Assembly: GCF_002571385.2 (NCBI RefSeq)
Contig: NW_019217970.1
Coordinates: forward strand, 440,383 to 504,382
Direction of reading: 5' to 3'
Source: Stylophora pistillata
Taxonomy: Eukaryota
Length of the DNA stretch: 64,000 nucleotides
The notes beneath the pieces were generated by a model that was not told the DNA's origin, did not search any database, and saw only the letters and a program-made list of their open reading frames with translations. Shown here piece after piece: positions 1 through 20,467 of this stretch (its first letter is position 1; the number at the start of each line of letters is the position of its first letter). The position numbers and the translations under genes are program-made.

Positions 1-210
1 TACCCTGTGTACCCTGTGTACCCAGTGTACCCTGTGTACCCATGTATACCCTTTGTACCCTGTGTACCCTGTGTACCCATGTGTACACTGTGTACCCTGT
101 GTACCCATGTATACCCTGTGTACACAGGGTACAAAGGGTACACAGGGTACACAAGGTATACAGGGTATACATGGGTATACATGGGTACACATGGGTACAC
201 AGGGGTAACA
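1..210. repeat. Fold-back minisatellite: (TACCCTGTG)n followed by its reverse complement (CACAGGGTA)n
   Basis: The 9-bp unit array switches orientation at the perfect palindrome TACCCTGTGTACACAGGGTA (112-131). Confidence 0.9.
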
Positions 211-581
211 GGGAGTCTATATGGAGACTGGGTAACAGGGAATCTATATGGAGACTGCCATGAATTACTTGCCTAAAATGGCCTATTCTTGTACATAGTG
301 AATGTCTAACAACTATGGGTCTGAATTTTAATTCTTTTCTTAGTAACAGGTGCATAAATAAGGATATCACTATACCTTAATTATGTTTTCAATCAATTAA
401 ATGGCAGTTATTTTTTATTGATGCCATAATGCTGCTGGGGTGTCAAGTAATGTTCTTTTAGTTGCAAATTAAGGTAACCGTTATTGATGAAGTGGCTTAA
501 AACAGTTGCACAATTTTTAAGTACTGATTCTTTGATGGAGCAATTTATAAATAACTTATGGAAGAAAAAGGAATATTTTTA

Positions 582-731
582 ATAGTTGAAATTTAAAAAC
601 GATCTCTGGCTAAAATGATTAAAAGCTGTGAGCTTTCGACTGCCCAAACTGCAGTCTTCGACAGTTCGGGCAGTCGAAAGTTCGTAGTTTTTAATCATTT
701 TAGCCAGAGATCGTTTTTAGATTTCAACTAT
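582..731. mobile_element. Hairpin/MITE-like inverted repeat, ~68-bp arms
   Basis: ATAGTTGAAATTTAAAAACGATCTCTGGCTAAAATGATTAAAA... pairs with ...TTTTAATCATTTTAGCCAGAGATCGTTTTTAGATTTCAACTAT across a short loop. Confidence 0.75.
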
Positions 732-950
732 GTTCAATCCTGGCTGCGGCCCTTCGATATCTTCAAATATTTTTAATGTCTCAGTTTCTACATTATATTT
801 TTTATGTCAAGGAAAGAAAGGGAATCGTACTTCCACCTCTACTAGTCATGTAAATTTGTAAAAATTTGTAAAACTTTTTTGTTCTTTTTGATTGGTTGAA
901 TTTTGAGTATGCCCTCAAAACTTAATTTGTCATCTGATTCAATTTTACAG

Positions 951-3353
<2,403 letters not shown>

Positions 3354-4906
3354 CAGCAAAATTGTGATCAAATTTGTTGAGTTGTCCTGCTTCAGCAGTT
3401 GGAACAGAGGAGAGTGAATTTCAACCATACTAATGGAGCATTGTCATTACAGAAGTCATAAATTATTGTTTATTAGGGTTTATCATTGGCCTATACATCC
3501 TCTTGTTGTTTTTTCTAGCCCCAACTTTAAACAACAAGAGACGAATGATTCAGAAGGCTACTTTGTTATGGGCAGATGCAATTTATTTGTAGCTTGCTAT
3601 AAATTTAAATCAGGTATTACTACTGGCATGCAATTATCTATTAATTAAACTTGGTAATGTATAAAAGTGTTTTCATTAATATAATTTGACGTTTTTTAAA
3701 GGATATATCGTGATGTACTTACTGACAATTGCATTCTTTCTGCCAACAAACCTGAGAGGAGACGTGCAATATTCACATTATTTTTCTAGTTTTCATACAT
3801 TTGAGCAGGAAAAAGATTAAACAATCTGGCAGACAAGTATGCCCCATTTGCAAAAATTTGTGTCGGAAAGAAGCAGTCAATCTTCTCATTAGTTGGAAAA
3901 GATTAACTCGGTTTTGTAAGTTGGAAATAGCAAGGTTTCCATTAGTTTGCTCTGAAACTTGGTTCTGCTTGGTAAGGAGACTTCATACAGAACAGTTGAC
4001 GATAGACTCTAAAAAGAAATTTGTAGAGGAGTTCCCTGGCAGTACTGTGTAATGCGTATCATGAAAATTTTGCAAAGGTTTTTTTTTCCTGGGGAGACTA
4101 TCCTCAAAAATTGAAACCCGCAAATTTTTTCCTGGAACACGACAAGTGAATTCCTAACGCTCCAAACTTTACGAAGTAACTTAGTAATTAATAATTTAAT
4201 ACTCTGAGTCTAGGTTCACTTTGTAAATAGGGAAGTTGTGAATAAAAGATTACATTATTATCAGGTGCATTTTTTCAGTTTTATGCGAATTCCTCCAAAG
4301 TCAGACGCGACCGTTCAATAAGGGTTAGACCGCCCGAAATCGGACGGAATCATTTGAGACGGGATGGATCCGTCCAAAATCAATGAAAAACTCGTCTGAT
4401 CGGACGGTTCCGTTCAAAACTTAGACGCAATCGACGTAAGTTGGATGAAATCGCCCATAATTAAGAAGAAAAGAAAACGGTGCCGTTTAAAAACGGACGG
4501 GATAGCCTCAAATATAATCGTCATAATCGGTCGCATCCGTCAAGACATAGGCGCGGAAGAAATCAAAAGGACGGAGCCATATCAAAATGGACAAAACAGC
4601 CTAAAGTCGGAAGAAATCGACTGAAAGTAGATGAAACCGTTCGAATATGGACGGAAACGTCAAAAGTTGAATCAGATCAGCCTAAAACCGTCGTCAACAT
4701 CATCAAATGCCGTAGTTCACTGTTCTGCTCAGAAAGCTGGGTCCTTGTTAGCAAGACCTCAAGGTCTCCTGGGAAAGAAAAGTTGCTTAGGATCCTCGCC
4801 ATGTTTATAAAATTATTTCGTATTTCCATATGTAATGATGGTACTTTGAGCGAATGCTTGTGTATGTCCATTCATTGCAATCTTTACAGATACTTTGATT
4901 GAACAC

Positions 4907-9489
<4,583 letters not shown>

Positions 9490-11025
9490 TGTTATATTGG
9501 CCAAGAATGTTAACTTTGCAGTCTACAGTCATTCACATTCAATGGATTGAGTAAAACACATGCAAGAATAAGTCGGATTAGATCTGTCAAAGTGACGTCA
9601 CACACACCAGCTTACAAAGAATTGTGCGGTACTGGTCATATTTTGGTGCCAGTGTTGCTGAGAAAGCAGTTATTCGTGTGATTGGTGGATCAGTCATGAA
9701 GTTTATGAGCTGTTCAACACTGTTAATATGAGAAGCTGAATGATACGTGCATTTTGATTGGTTCTTAGTTAAAATCTCTTGGAGGAAAGACACACAGATG
9801 ACGTCACCATTAACAACATTAATCTTTGTCATCTAATAAAACAAACAGATTCTATGTTGCCATGGGTCTGTTCAGTATTAGATCAAAGAACACATTAAAA
9901 TGTGAAAAGAACATCGGCAACACACTCAGCTGTGCCTTGTCTGCCACTTTTTTGTTCTTAAAGTATTTTGACATCTTCTGTGCTCACTGGGAGCTTGCTT
10001 ATTGGCTACACAATTATGAAAAATCTAAACTCTTGTAGCCTAATCTGGATGTTCAGTAAGTAAAATGGAGAAAAGTTAAGTGCAATAATGGCAGCGGATC
10101 TACTCAACCCAAACCCCTCTTGTCTTTTTTTGATCAGCCACTACTATCACCCCAATTATGAAAAGAGAAAGAATCTTGCTTCCAACCCATTGGTTGTGTT
10201 TCAGCTAATGTGTTGATAAGATGTTGGTAATGGGTAGGCCAACGTTGGCCCACATATTAGTTGATCTTACCAAATGAATGCTTAGGAAGTGTTGCTGGTC
10301 AACAACTGGGTGGTGTGTTGGTAATATCAGATTCTTTACCTTCACCGCATTTACTATGATTGCACTTCATTTTTACGGACTGAACATCTAAAACAGGCTG
10401 AAAATCTTGCTCTGTAAAAATGTCTCAAACTCAAACTCAAACTCATATGCATTGAATTAAATTCATCTATGTCACCTCTTGGCATAAAATAATGATGTCT
10501 GGCACAATCAAGTGTTTATAATGTACATTTTATTCAGATATCAACTATGATAGTTATATTTTGTACTTTAAAATGAGCTGCCCTAATTGTCATGAAAAAT
10601 CCTTGATAACTATTTTCCTGGAGTGCTGTCTTTGATCCTGGTAATTGATCTTGTGACTTGTGGTTCACAATTTTTTTGCTAATTCTGCATTTGTCAGAGT
10701 AAGAATGCTGACTTTGAATGGGGCTCACATATGACATCCTGGTATTGAAAAATGGTAAAATTCTGAACAGTGAGAAAAAGTCCCTTTGTGTGGCCTTAGG
10801 GGTTGGGTATCCTCTTATGATCTGAGAGACACAAAACAGTTGGTAAAAAAAAAAATATTTGTCCTCCAAGTTCATGTAAGGAACAGTCCTGGCCTCTGCT
10901 TGTCTTCCCAAGATGGAGACTGTTGCACTTAAGCAAGAGATGTAACTTTCATCAATGTTCCTTTTGAATGGTACTGGGTATCACCACAACATTTCTGGTA
11001 ATGTTACTGTTTTTCTAGTTGCTAG

Positions 11026-12387
11026 CTAAGCTCTCTCCATGACTGGGGCTGGTGCAGTAACTTCTTCAGAAACCATGAAATCTTCCTATAAGAAATGCAC
11101 ACATTTACAATAAGAAAGTACCATGAAAGACAGTTAAATAGGCCAATTCTCATATGTCTAAACTCTGCTTTAAAATAAGGGTATATGCTAAAACTTATTA
11201 TGCAAAAATGCTTTCTTTTTTCTTGTACAGGTAAAACTCACTTTCCCAATTCAAGAAGTTGTGACTCAACTTCATTTTTAAAAGAGGGAAAATGAAAGTG
11301 ATATGTTTGTCCTAACCAGAATACCAGACTGTCCTGCCTTGGTCTATCCAATCTCTCTTTAGGAACTTGCAGTTGATCTGCAGTGACTTAGAATTTACTG
11401 GAGAATTGGCTTCACTAGAGCACAAACTGTTATCAGTTATCATCAATTAAATCAGTCACTACCAGCCGTATTATACCATGTTAAGTCAGTTTGTCCTAAA
11501 GGTTGCACATGGAGGAGAAATCTTCCTTGATGTTTCAATTCATTTTCTTTTTTTTCTGCCAAATACTGCATCCATGACAACATTTCCACACAAAGACAAT
11601 TCTGAAGTGTATAATCCAGAGGAAACACCACTGATAAATATGACCCTTGGTATTTCTTGCATCTGGATCTTCCCATCCGTGGTCCAGTGCACAAATATCA
11701 TGGCCACTAGCCACACCTCACAACAGAGGTGAAAATCAATCTAAAATTTCTGGCTGTTTCTCGCCAGAAATAACTCACCTGGTCATAGACGACTCTCACA
11801 ATAAGGGAACAGCTTGGGCACCGGGCCACATCCTCTCCATTTTCCAACTCAGCCTTGAAAAATAATTATATAAAGTTTTCATGTTGTCCATCTGGAAAGA
11901 AATGCCGATATGGGTCCTCTTCCAGTCATATTGAGATATAAACAGGAATCGAAATTTTTTAGTATCTTTTTTGATGGTGAGGGAAAACGGAAGTTCCCAG
12001 ACGTAAATTTTCGTAGATAGACAATATATTTCCTCGTAAACTAGTTTCAAATCTCAAGCTAGCTATATTCACACTGTATCAGACAGATTTTCAACCACTT
12101 GAAGAAAAATGATAATTTAAGTGTTCAGATCGCACGTAGCCACCCGAATTAAACGAAAATTTCAGTAGTCCGCTTTTAGAGATGAACAATTTTTAAGGCA
12201 AAGACTTTGACGATAAAGTTTACAACGCAGAAACTTTTCCTGATTCACAATGATTCGTTGTCAGAGCTAATCTACAAACCTTGGTGATTTCAAACTGATC
12301 TCCACACGGGCATGGGTAGAAGTAAGTCTCAGATTCCTCGTCGTATTCAAAGTCTTCGATCTCAACCTCGTCGTGGAAGACGGCCAT
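11026..12387 (-). CDS. DPH3: Diphthamide biosynthesis protein 3 (DPH3/KTI11, CSL zinc finger), 80 aa; not in the ORF track
   Basis: Minus-strand exons 12387-12280, 11853-11779 and 11085-11026 (all phase 0, GT-AG) give [36 protein letters not shown]|[25 protein letters not shown]|[19 protein letters not shown], with the CPCG and CPSCSL motifs. Confidence 0.96.
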
Positions 12388-13343
12388 CTTTGGCCATGTG
12401 TGCGTGTGTACTTTTCAAAGGATGTTGCAATACTTGCTACGCAGCCAGGCCCTTGAAACAAGTGGGTGGCTTGACAACTATGCAGGAACGTGACCGAAAC
12501 TTTGTGCGTGCCTTTGTCCCGGGTGAGGAACTTGTATTGAAAACTGTTATCAAAAGAAATCAATTGTTTGAGGAACTTGTTACATCCGGAAATAAGAATT
12601 ATCACATACATACATGCATACATACATACATACATACTTTATTGTAACTCCCTAAAAAGGGTTTTTCAGTCACAAGGTTACTAAATAGCTAAAATAACTA
12701 AAAAAATTACCAAATAACTAATATAATAAATAACATTAAAAATAAGTGAAATACAATGGATCACATCACATGAACATGACATTGGTCTAATGCTGAGTGT
12801 ACGCAAAGGATAAAGTACTAACTTTGTGTTCAACAAGAGGAAATTCATTACAAAAAAAAAAAATAAAAAATTGGAGGGGGGGAGAGGACATGAAGCAGAA
12901 AACGATGAGGGAGCTGTAAGGTTCTATTTTTGGCCATGAGGGTATTTTTAAAAAATGTTGTTTATCTTGATCCGCGAGTGTTATTTACTCTCAACGTTGA
13001 GGAGGTTGAAGATCACGAGTTCCTGTTTAGATCGGCACTTGAATTATTTTTTGGGGGTCATAATCTGTTGATTTCTGCGAGAAATTTCGAAACCAACCTA
13101 AACTGTCTAGGTTTTATTCATTCTCACGAACCGATAGCGACCAAAATAAGTTTTAAGAGCGGAAGAATGAATTGTTAAACAAATCACTTCATAACCACCT
13201 GCATGGCCGCAGTCAAAAACCCGGAAATGTGGTCAGGGTGTGGTATGAAAGGGAAAGAAAAATAAGTGTCAACATAACATTGGTCTCAGTCCAAAGTCAA
13301 CATTAGAAACTAAAACAATTCTGTAAACACGTAGTTTTACGAG
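12388..13343. promoter_or_regulatory. Probable divergent promoter region between DPH3 (-) and formin exon V1 (+)
   Basis: Head-to-head start codons are 957 bp apart. An ETS-like CCGGAAAT lies near 13221. The TSS is not directly visible. Confidence 0.45.
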
Positions 13344-13746
13344 ATGGCCTCGTCGGCGAGTCGCTGGAAAAAGTTGAGGAGGGCCAGTGGAATTGAAATC
13401 AGCTGCGAGAATCAGATAGATGGCGCGCTGAATCTTCACAGTTTGAACGAAATTGAACCAGAGTTATTCATCAAATTTATTCGAATTCCCTCGCTCAAAA
13501 CATACACAAGTTTGATGCGAAAACTTGAGAACTGCTCAAAGAAATGGCTAGCGGAATTTTTAGTGCTTGGAGGATTGACATCGCTCTTTGAAGTTCTTGA
13601 AAAATTAGGCGAGCGAGAAGTTGCAAAGTTCAGCGACGCTTTCTTGCAACTTGAATGTGTGCGGTGCATTAAAGCTGTGTTGAATAATACGACAGGACTG
13701 GAATTTATGACTTCAGATACCTCGTTAGCAAAACAACTTGTAAATG
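13344..13746 (+). CDS. INF2: INF2-like formin, variable first coding exon V1 (N-terminal helix plus DID/GBD first half)
   Basis: ATG at 13344. MASSASRWKKL..EPELFIKFIRIPSLKTY..W..FL..GGL..DAFLQLECVRCIKAVLNN..QLVN. 403 nt, ending in phase-1 donor G|GTGAGT. Confidence 0.88.
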
Positions 13747-16061
13747 GTGAGTAAATGTCAATTTTTTTGCCAGAGTAGGTGAATTTAACAGAAGAGAGAA
13801 AAAACGTTCACTTGGATTTAAATTTACTTTACATAGATGGATTGCGAAGTCTTCGGCAGAGCTTGAGGACGATGCTGCAGCACTTTGTAATTTTGCATTA
13901 CTCAATGCATAAAATACCACTTGCTGGTTTACTGCAATATTTTCCTGTTATTTTCTCAAAAGTTGAATCAGAAATTTATTTTAAATTACATGATGCGGGA
14001 ATTTCTCCGAGAAAAATATGTTTTCGTAAGACTGAAGGCATCGCTTTTTTGACCCCTTCTCTCCCAAGATCTCAGTAGCGATTCTCTTCTCTCTCTGCCA
14101 TACAATTCTTGTTATGTTAGTTTGGAGAATTCGGTATTGGATCAGTTGATAATTCCCTAATTGATGTTTTTCTTTATTCTCGTCACTTGTCTGCTTGAAA
14201 CTGTCTTGATATTGTGAGGAGGAATTCATTTTTGGTCATTCATGAGATAATGGTGTTAAGTATATCCCTTAAGGATGTGTTAGAAATTAGAAATGTGTCA
14301 GATGATCGCTGACAGAGATATTTCGCAAATGTTTCAGTTTGGACTTTTGCCCTAGGCCATTGTTGCCTCAAATCAGGATTTTCGTCCAGATGGAAAATAA
14401 AGGAGAATTTGTCTGCAGAAAAATTGCCTTTCTTAAGCTTGCGATTTTTCAATAAGGTGATCTTGTTGCCCTCGGTAAAACTTTTAAGAATCGAAGGATA
14501 TTTATCATAAAGTGGAGGACTGTTTTTTTTTTTATAATTAAGGCAAACTTGGCACATGTATATTCAGTAAACAACTTCAAGCCCTGAAAAGGTTCATGTA
14601 AAGCCCTGGCCAAATGTACTTAAAACATTTTTAGGCATGACACTTGAAATTTATATTCCTGATCATAATAAAATTTGAGGATTCGAATGGTTCGCTTCTA
14701 CGAATGGTTTCCTTCCCTTCGTCAGTATGACGTTATATAGATATGTACTTCTTGCACAATCAGTTAAAAACTTGAAAATTAAGGGCGTTTAAGGACCGAC
14801 AGTATATCATAATTTCAATCGTCTATTTCTAAACCTTCATGCAAACGCGCCACCCACAAATTACAGTCCCATAAATTGAATTAAAATCGAAACTACCCCT
14901 CGTTTGCATCATTTTACCTTGTTTGTGTGTACGCATAGTTTCTGATTTTGTCTAATTAAATTGTTACGTGGCTTCATAGGAAAATTCTGCTGCATGGCAT
15001 ATCGAGAAGTTCAAAAGCATTCAGAAAGGAAACTTCTGCTAGCTAGCAAACTGTATTACTGCAAGATAAGAAGTTAATCCGTTAATCAGCCAACAGTTTG
15101 GCTGACCTTTCGTAGAGGATCTAATGATAAACAGAATTCCTCAGTTCTCCGAAGAAGTTTTCGCAAAAAAAAAAAAAAGGAAAATGAATGAACGCGGTGA
15201 TTCAGAGAAGTGGTTCTAAACTTAGTCTGCAGATTTTCTACATAGGTCTCAGTGCTAACTTTAAAGGAGATTTTTTTTTTCTGAGACATTTGTTTTGACA
15301 AAACTAAAGATTTGAAAACAACAGTATATCACTTGTTCCCTTGTTTGAAAATAGGTCCTAAACGACAAAAATACAAAATTAGGCAAGCAATTGGTGATGA
15401 TTGTCTACGGAAGTGTTTCTTCTTTGCAGAAGACATATATAGACACTTCAAGGTTAAATATCTGATGAACAAGGTTATATTATATTTGAGCACGTATCAT
15501 TTCGAGCCGATATACTGCTGCGCTGAATGTATCACAATTTCTGATGTGTCTTTTCAAGGCCAGCCATATTTCCGTAATAGTTAGAGCAATTTTTTTCACT
15601 GCTCAACTAATCACAACAGAGCTCCCTTCAATTGGTTTAATTTGAGGTCGCCATGTCCCTTATTATGCGTGGCAAACACTTATCACTGATAAGATTTTAA
15701 AGCTGAAAAAATGTAACTATACTATAAGTGCTTTTAGATACTTCGATGACGTGGGAAACTCTGCGGTGTTTACGCAAGAGAGGTCACCACCTGTTGGTAG
15801 TTGCTTTCTTAGTTTTACAGGGAAATAAATAGCAATTAAGATGTGAAGAGGCGTATCAGATACGCATACATTGAATAAATTTAAAGTAGGCTATTTAATG
15901 AGCAATGATAAACCCCATGCGGTCATTAATGTATAACCGGCGCGATTAACACCCGTAGCACAGAGACTGCAAACAATTTTGGCAATACCCACCGTTTATT
16001 TGGAATGTACTGATTTAGAAAATACACACTCTTGCTGTTACTTTCTAAATCATCGATCGTC

Positions 16062-16464
16062 ATGTCGAAGAATTGGAAAAAACTTGCCCAGGCTGGCGGA
16101 GTGGACATTAAAGATAACGCTGAGGGCAAAGGCGACGAACCAGTCATCGATCTTCAAAAATTAAACGAAGTAGAACCTGAATTATTTATAAAATTTCTGC
16201 GAATTCCTACTCTAAAGACATATGCAAGTTTGATTCAAAAGCTTGAAAAGAGTTCCAAGAAGTGGATGACGGATTTTTTGGTGCAAGGAGGATTAACTAC
16301 GCTTTTTGAAGTTCTAGAAAAGCTTTGCGAGCGAGGTTTAGCGAAGTTTTCCGACGCGTTTCTGCAGCTCGAATGTGTCCGTTGCATCAAGGCAGTCTTG
16401 AATAATGTGACGGGTTTGGAATATATGACCACCGATCCTTCACTCACGAACCAGCTTGTAACTG
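16062..16464 (+). CDS. INF2: INF2-like formin, variable first coding exon V2
   Basis: ATG at 16062. MSKNWKKL..EPELFIKFLRIPTLKTY..DAFLQLECVRCIKAVLNN..QLVT. 403 nt, phase-1 donor G|GTAGGT. Confidence 0.88.
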
Positions 16465-18284
16465 GTAGGTAAACTTTACATTTGTTATGCGCAATTGAAT
16501 TGTTTATGTAATTGTCAAGGCGGAGTAGTAATCGCATGCATTCTTGTGTTGGCGCTGTAGTTCAGATGAACAAGGAAAAGCGCAATCAATTGAAGCAATA
16601 AGGCGCTTTTGGGCTCTGATAATGTTATCAATTCTTACCTGCAATGTAAACTAGTTTGTTAGTGGTTATCTTTTTTAATTTCCTAGCAGTTATAATAATT
16701 TTAAGTATTCTAGGCCGGTTTTCCGCGCTGGCAGTGACAGGTCAATGAAGTTTACACGGAAAATCTACCTTTAACCAGCACATAAAGCAAAAAAAAAAAA
16801 AAATCACATTCATCGAGACAGTGCATTCACACTTTCAAATAATGTTTGATATTTGAATATGTGCAACTAAAATTAATGAAGTGGATCGGTTTTTTCCGCG
16901 TGCAAAATCTCAACAACTTGGCATTAATTATTTTTAAAGAAAACCTGGACTTTAAGTGATCACGTTTTAAATCGCGGTGATTGGGTTATTTAGCTAAAAT
17001 GTTTTTCTTGCATTTTATTAGTTGAATCAGACAATCACTGCGCTAGTTAATTAGTAGTAATGACTAAAGTAAAACAATTGTAGTTTGTCGGACGCGTTAG
17101 AGAGTTCGGTTTAGACATTCAATTGTTGGAGACAGACAACAATATTAGTTTTGTCCTTAACACTTTTCTGTAGACCAAGGTCGTGATCACGTCAAACTAC
17201 AGTGAAAATATTGTGGTCGACTTTGCACGTAAATTGTGCGCTAATCTGACCACAAAGACACAAATGTTGAGCTCATTAACGCTTCGTCGATTCACTAATT
17301 GATCAACAATACATCCCGGCCTACTTTCGACAACCCTCATATTGCGCATTTCAAAACATTTCAAAGACGCAAGATAGACTAACTTCCTTTAGGGTTGCTT
17401 CTTGAAAAGCAATTTATCGCACTTGCATATTGTAAAAGGTTCTAGATGTCTCGAGGTTAGACTGGAAACGCAAACGGTTTTTTTTTACTAAAATAAATCT
17501 GCATCTATCAAATCGCTCGAGGCAATCCTGCTTCTTCAAACATTTCAGAACTCTTTCTTGTCAAATAGATGGTTATGTAACTGTATTCTAGCTTCGCATA
17601 GTAAAAGCACGTTTTTAAGCAGAATTCAACTCAGTGCGGAAGTACGACCTAGCTAAGTACAATATTGAGACAACACTCGTCACGCGATTTTCTTGATTAA
17701 GTAAAACTGATGTAGGTTTCCGCCGAGAAAAAGCCAGTTATAATTCCGTGGAAGCCGATTAGCTGGCTTGCGTCGCTTCCATTCAAGAACGACATAAAGT
17801 GTAAGAGATCATCAGTCAAACTTGTCACGCGATCTTTAAGATCGATTGTTAGACTGAATTCGATTGCGCTTCCACCGGAAATTGGTCACTTACGCAAGAC
17901 CAGGTGAGAGCGGCTGGCTTGCGTTTGGTTTCTTGATAGTATTGCAAAAGTGCATCTATTTTTAAAAAGTCATTATGGCACTCGAGTTAACTGTCATCAG
18001 TGGTGTCCTCAATACGTTGATCAAATAACATGCGAATTAATTGAAGTCCTTCATCAAATGAATTGATCGTGTCTAAATAAAGATTACAATACAATACAAT
18101 ACAAAAAATGTATTTGAATATACTTGAATCTTCCTCTCGTATTTGATCACCTAGTTATTCTTCCATCAACTTAAAGCTGCATTTAATAATCATGGTTTCC
18201 TTTTCACGATCCGATTAACTTGGAAACTCAGCAGAAACAACGATTTGAATTATTTGTTTCAGTTGTTTCTCCACGTTAAACTGT

Positions 18285-18303
18285 TTATTATTATTATTAT
18301 TAC

Positions 18304-18343
<40 letters not shown>
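18285..18343. repeat. (TTA)n microsatellite
   Basis: About 19 trinucleotide units with one interruption. Confidence 0.95.
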
Positions 18344-18344
<1 letters not shown>

Positions 18345-18863
18345 CTACACGAAACTCGCGATCTTAGGACCCTTTCACAGCTAGCTTGCAATCCTATTTT
18401 CTGTAACAATTTGTGTAGGTTCCAAAGCCCATATGATCACAATAACATGGTTTCGAAACACTGTACGTAACTACTTTGATACAAAACTCTAATCTCCCCA
18501 AACAAACAAGTAAATTATAGGATCGATTTACTGATCTTAAATGCGATAAGCGAAATAGGAAAAACAAAAAGTTCTTTTGTTGATATTCAGTTTAACAATA
18601 GATCGGAAGCGAAGTAGAGACTATGCGACGTTTTTCGCATTCGATTACAAAGGAACCCATCTGTAACCAATTTCTTGGAGTCACGAAGTAGTCATAGGTC
18701 ACGTTTTGAATTAAATCAAAATAACCTGGTCCATCACGTTCAGAATCCCACCTGCCGCCACTCTAGTTATTATATACATTGACATCAGTTTCGCAGCAGA
18801 TCACAACCAACGAACTCGTGAAGATAGAACCAGCGGTTTTCTATGCAGTTTTCGTAATAAGCA

Positions 18864-19266
18864 ATGGAGACTTCAGGTTGGCAAAGACTTCGCAAGATGC
18901 CCATTTTTCAACAAAATGTCCACACTGAGACAAATCATCAAGGACAATTCAGCAACGTTGAACCAGAACTTTGCGTGAATTTGCTTCGAGTGCCTTCCCT
19001 GAAAAATTTCTCTGCCCTTCGTCCAAAACTCGCGAAATGTTCCCAGCAGTGGATGACGGAATTTCTTGAACAGGGAGGCCTGGAAGTGTTAATGAACGCT
19101 CTTGAAATTATCTCTGTCCGTTTATCGGCTAAAAACCGCCATATCGCTTTCATGGACGCCTTTGTAGCACTCGAATGCGTTCAGTGTATCAAAGTAATTC
19201 TGAATTCTCAGGCTGGAGTTCTGCATTTCAGTTCCTCTCCAGATCTTGTTTGTCAGCTGGTCTTTG
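18864..19266 (+). CDS. INF2: INF2-like formin, variable first coding exon V3
   Basis: ATG at 18864. METSGWQRL..EPELCVNLLRVPSLKNFSALRPKL..WMTEFLEQGGLEVL..LECVQCIKVILNSQAG..QLVF. 403 nt, phase-1 donor G|GTAAGG. Confidence 0.88.
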
Positions 19267-20467
19267 GTAAGGGCATACTTTTTATTGGACTTTGATATTT
19301 ATTTTACTCCATGTGTTTCTCTGTCGTCTCATTCCTAAAGACTTTTTGCCTCAGGGGTTTTAGTCCATCTTGATAGTTCTACAGTGCCTTAATTTCGGTT
19401 TCCGTACCTAGCTGCTGAGCGCACATAAATTTAGTTTCATTTCTTGCCTAGATGCATCAAGCATAACACTGGAAAATCTAACATATAAATCAAGCCTTAC
19501 ATGAAATACTCAATCACTCTTTATATCATATTCTTGTTTACTTATCTCTGCATCAATGAATTTTTGTTTTTGTGTTTGAAATGAATCTCATTTCACTTTG
19601 TCAGTCACCGGAAATTGGCAACTTAATGCATTTTGGTTCCGAGGAACATTAACAAAAAAAAAAAAAAAAGGCGGATTGGATTTCTCCATAGATCCGATTA
19701 ACACGCTTGTTGTTGTTGTTGTTTTTTTTTTTTTTCGGTGCTCATTGCAGCGGCAAAGTGCCATTGGTAAAATGAGCTCTCGTTCTACACAGAAAACATA
19801 TAGCGGACTCCTCCGTCAAATTAATCAATTTCTCGTGGAATGGAATGAATTGACAAATCGAATACCTTCATTACCTAAAGCTAAGACTAGATGGCCAAGA
19901 GAACTAAAGTAGATCGATAATGTTCAGAAGAAATGGTAAGATTCAAAAAGGAACTGTATTGCTACAGTTGAAAAGGTTCGGACTTGGTTTCAAAATTTTA
20001 TTAGTCGGCTAAGACACCGGAAGTTTCTCCCCTGTGAAAGCTCCCTTATCAATAGTTCACCCAAAAAATGGTCAAATGGTATATTCAAATACAAATGCAT
20101 TAAAAAACTCAGGAAAATCTCTGCAAAGCTAAGTTTGGAGACTGTCGATAGAAACTTGAAAAAGAAAATGTTTTGACTGAGGGGGAGTTTTGGAAATTCA
20201 GAGAAACGCGGGACAACTTGAAGGATTTGAGATGCGATAAAAAATTTAATTTTAATGTGATTAATTGATAGACAAGTACAGGTGATGACAGTAAAACCAT
20301 TAATTGAGGATTGCAAGAAACTCGGGCTCATCTGTTTCACCAATGGTACAACACCCACAATTAAACTTTGAAACGCGCAGAAATCACTATCCGCCGCTCC
20401 CCTCCCTGTCCCCCTCCCAAAATGTATACATGAAAAATATATACATATATACATAATACAAATATTT

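Noticed and set aside
7-276. ORFs 7-276 and 42-263
   Set aside because: Translations of the 9-bp minisatellite.
19772-20240. Possible seventh, decayed variable exon (contains KTYSGLLRQI and RIPSL)
   Set aside because: The motifs are in the wrong order, there are several stops, and there is no EC-x-x-CIK block or matching donor. At most this is an unrelated decayed coding fragment.
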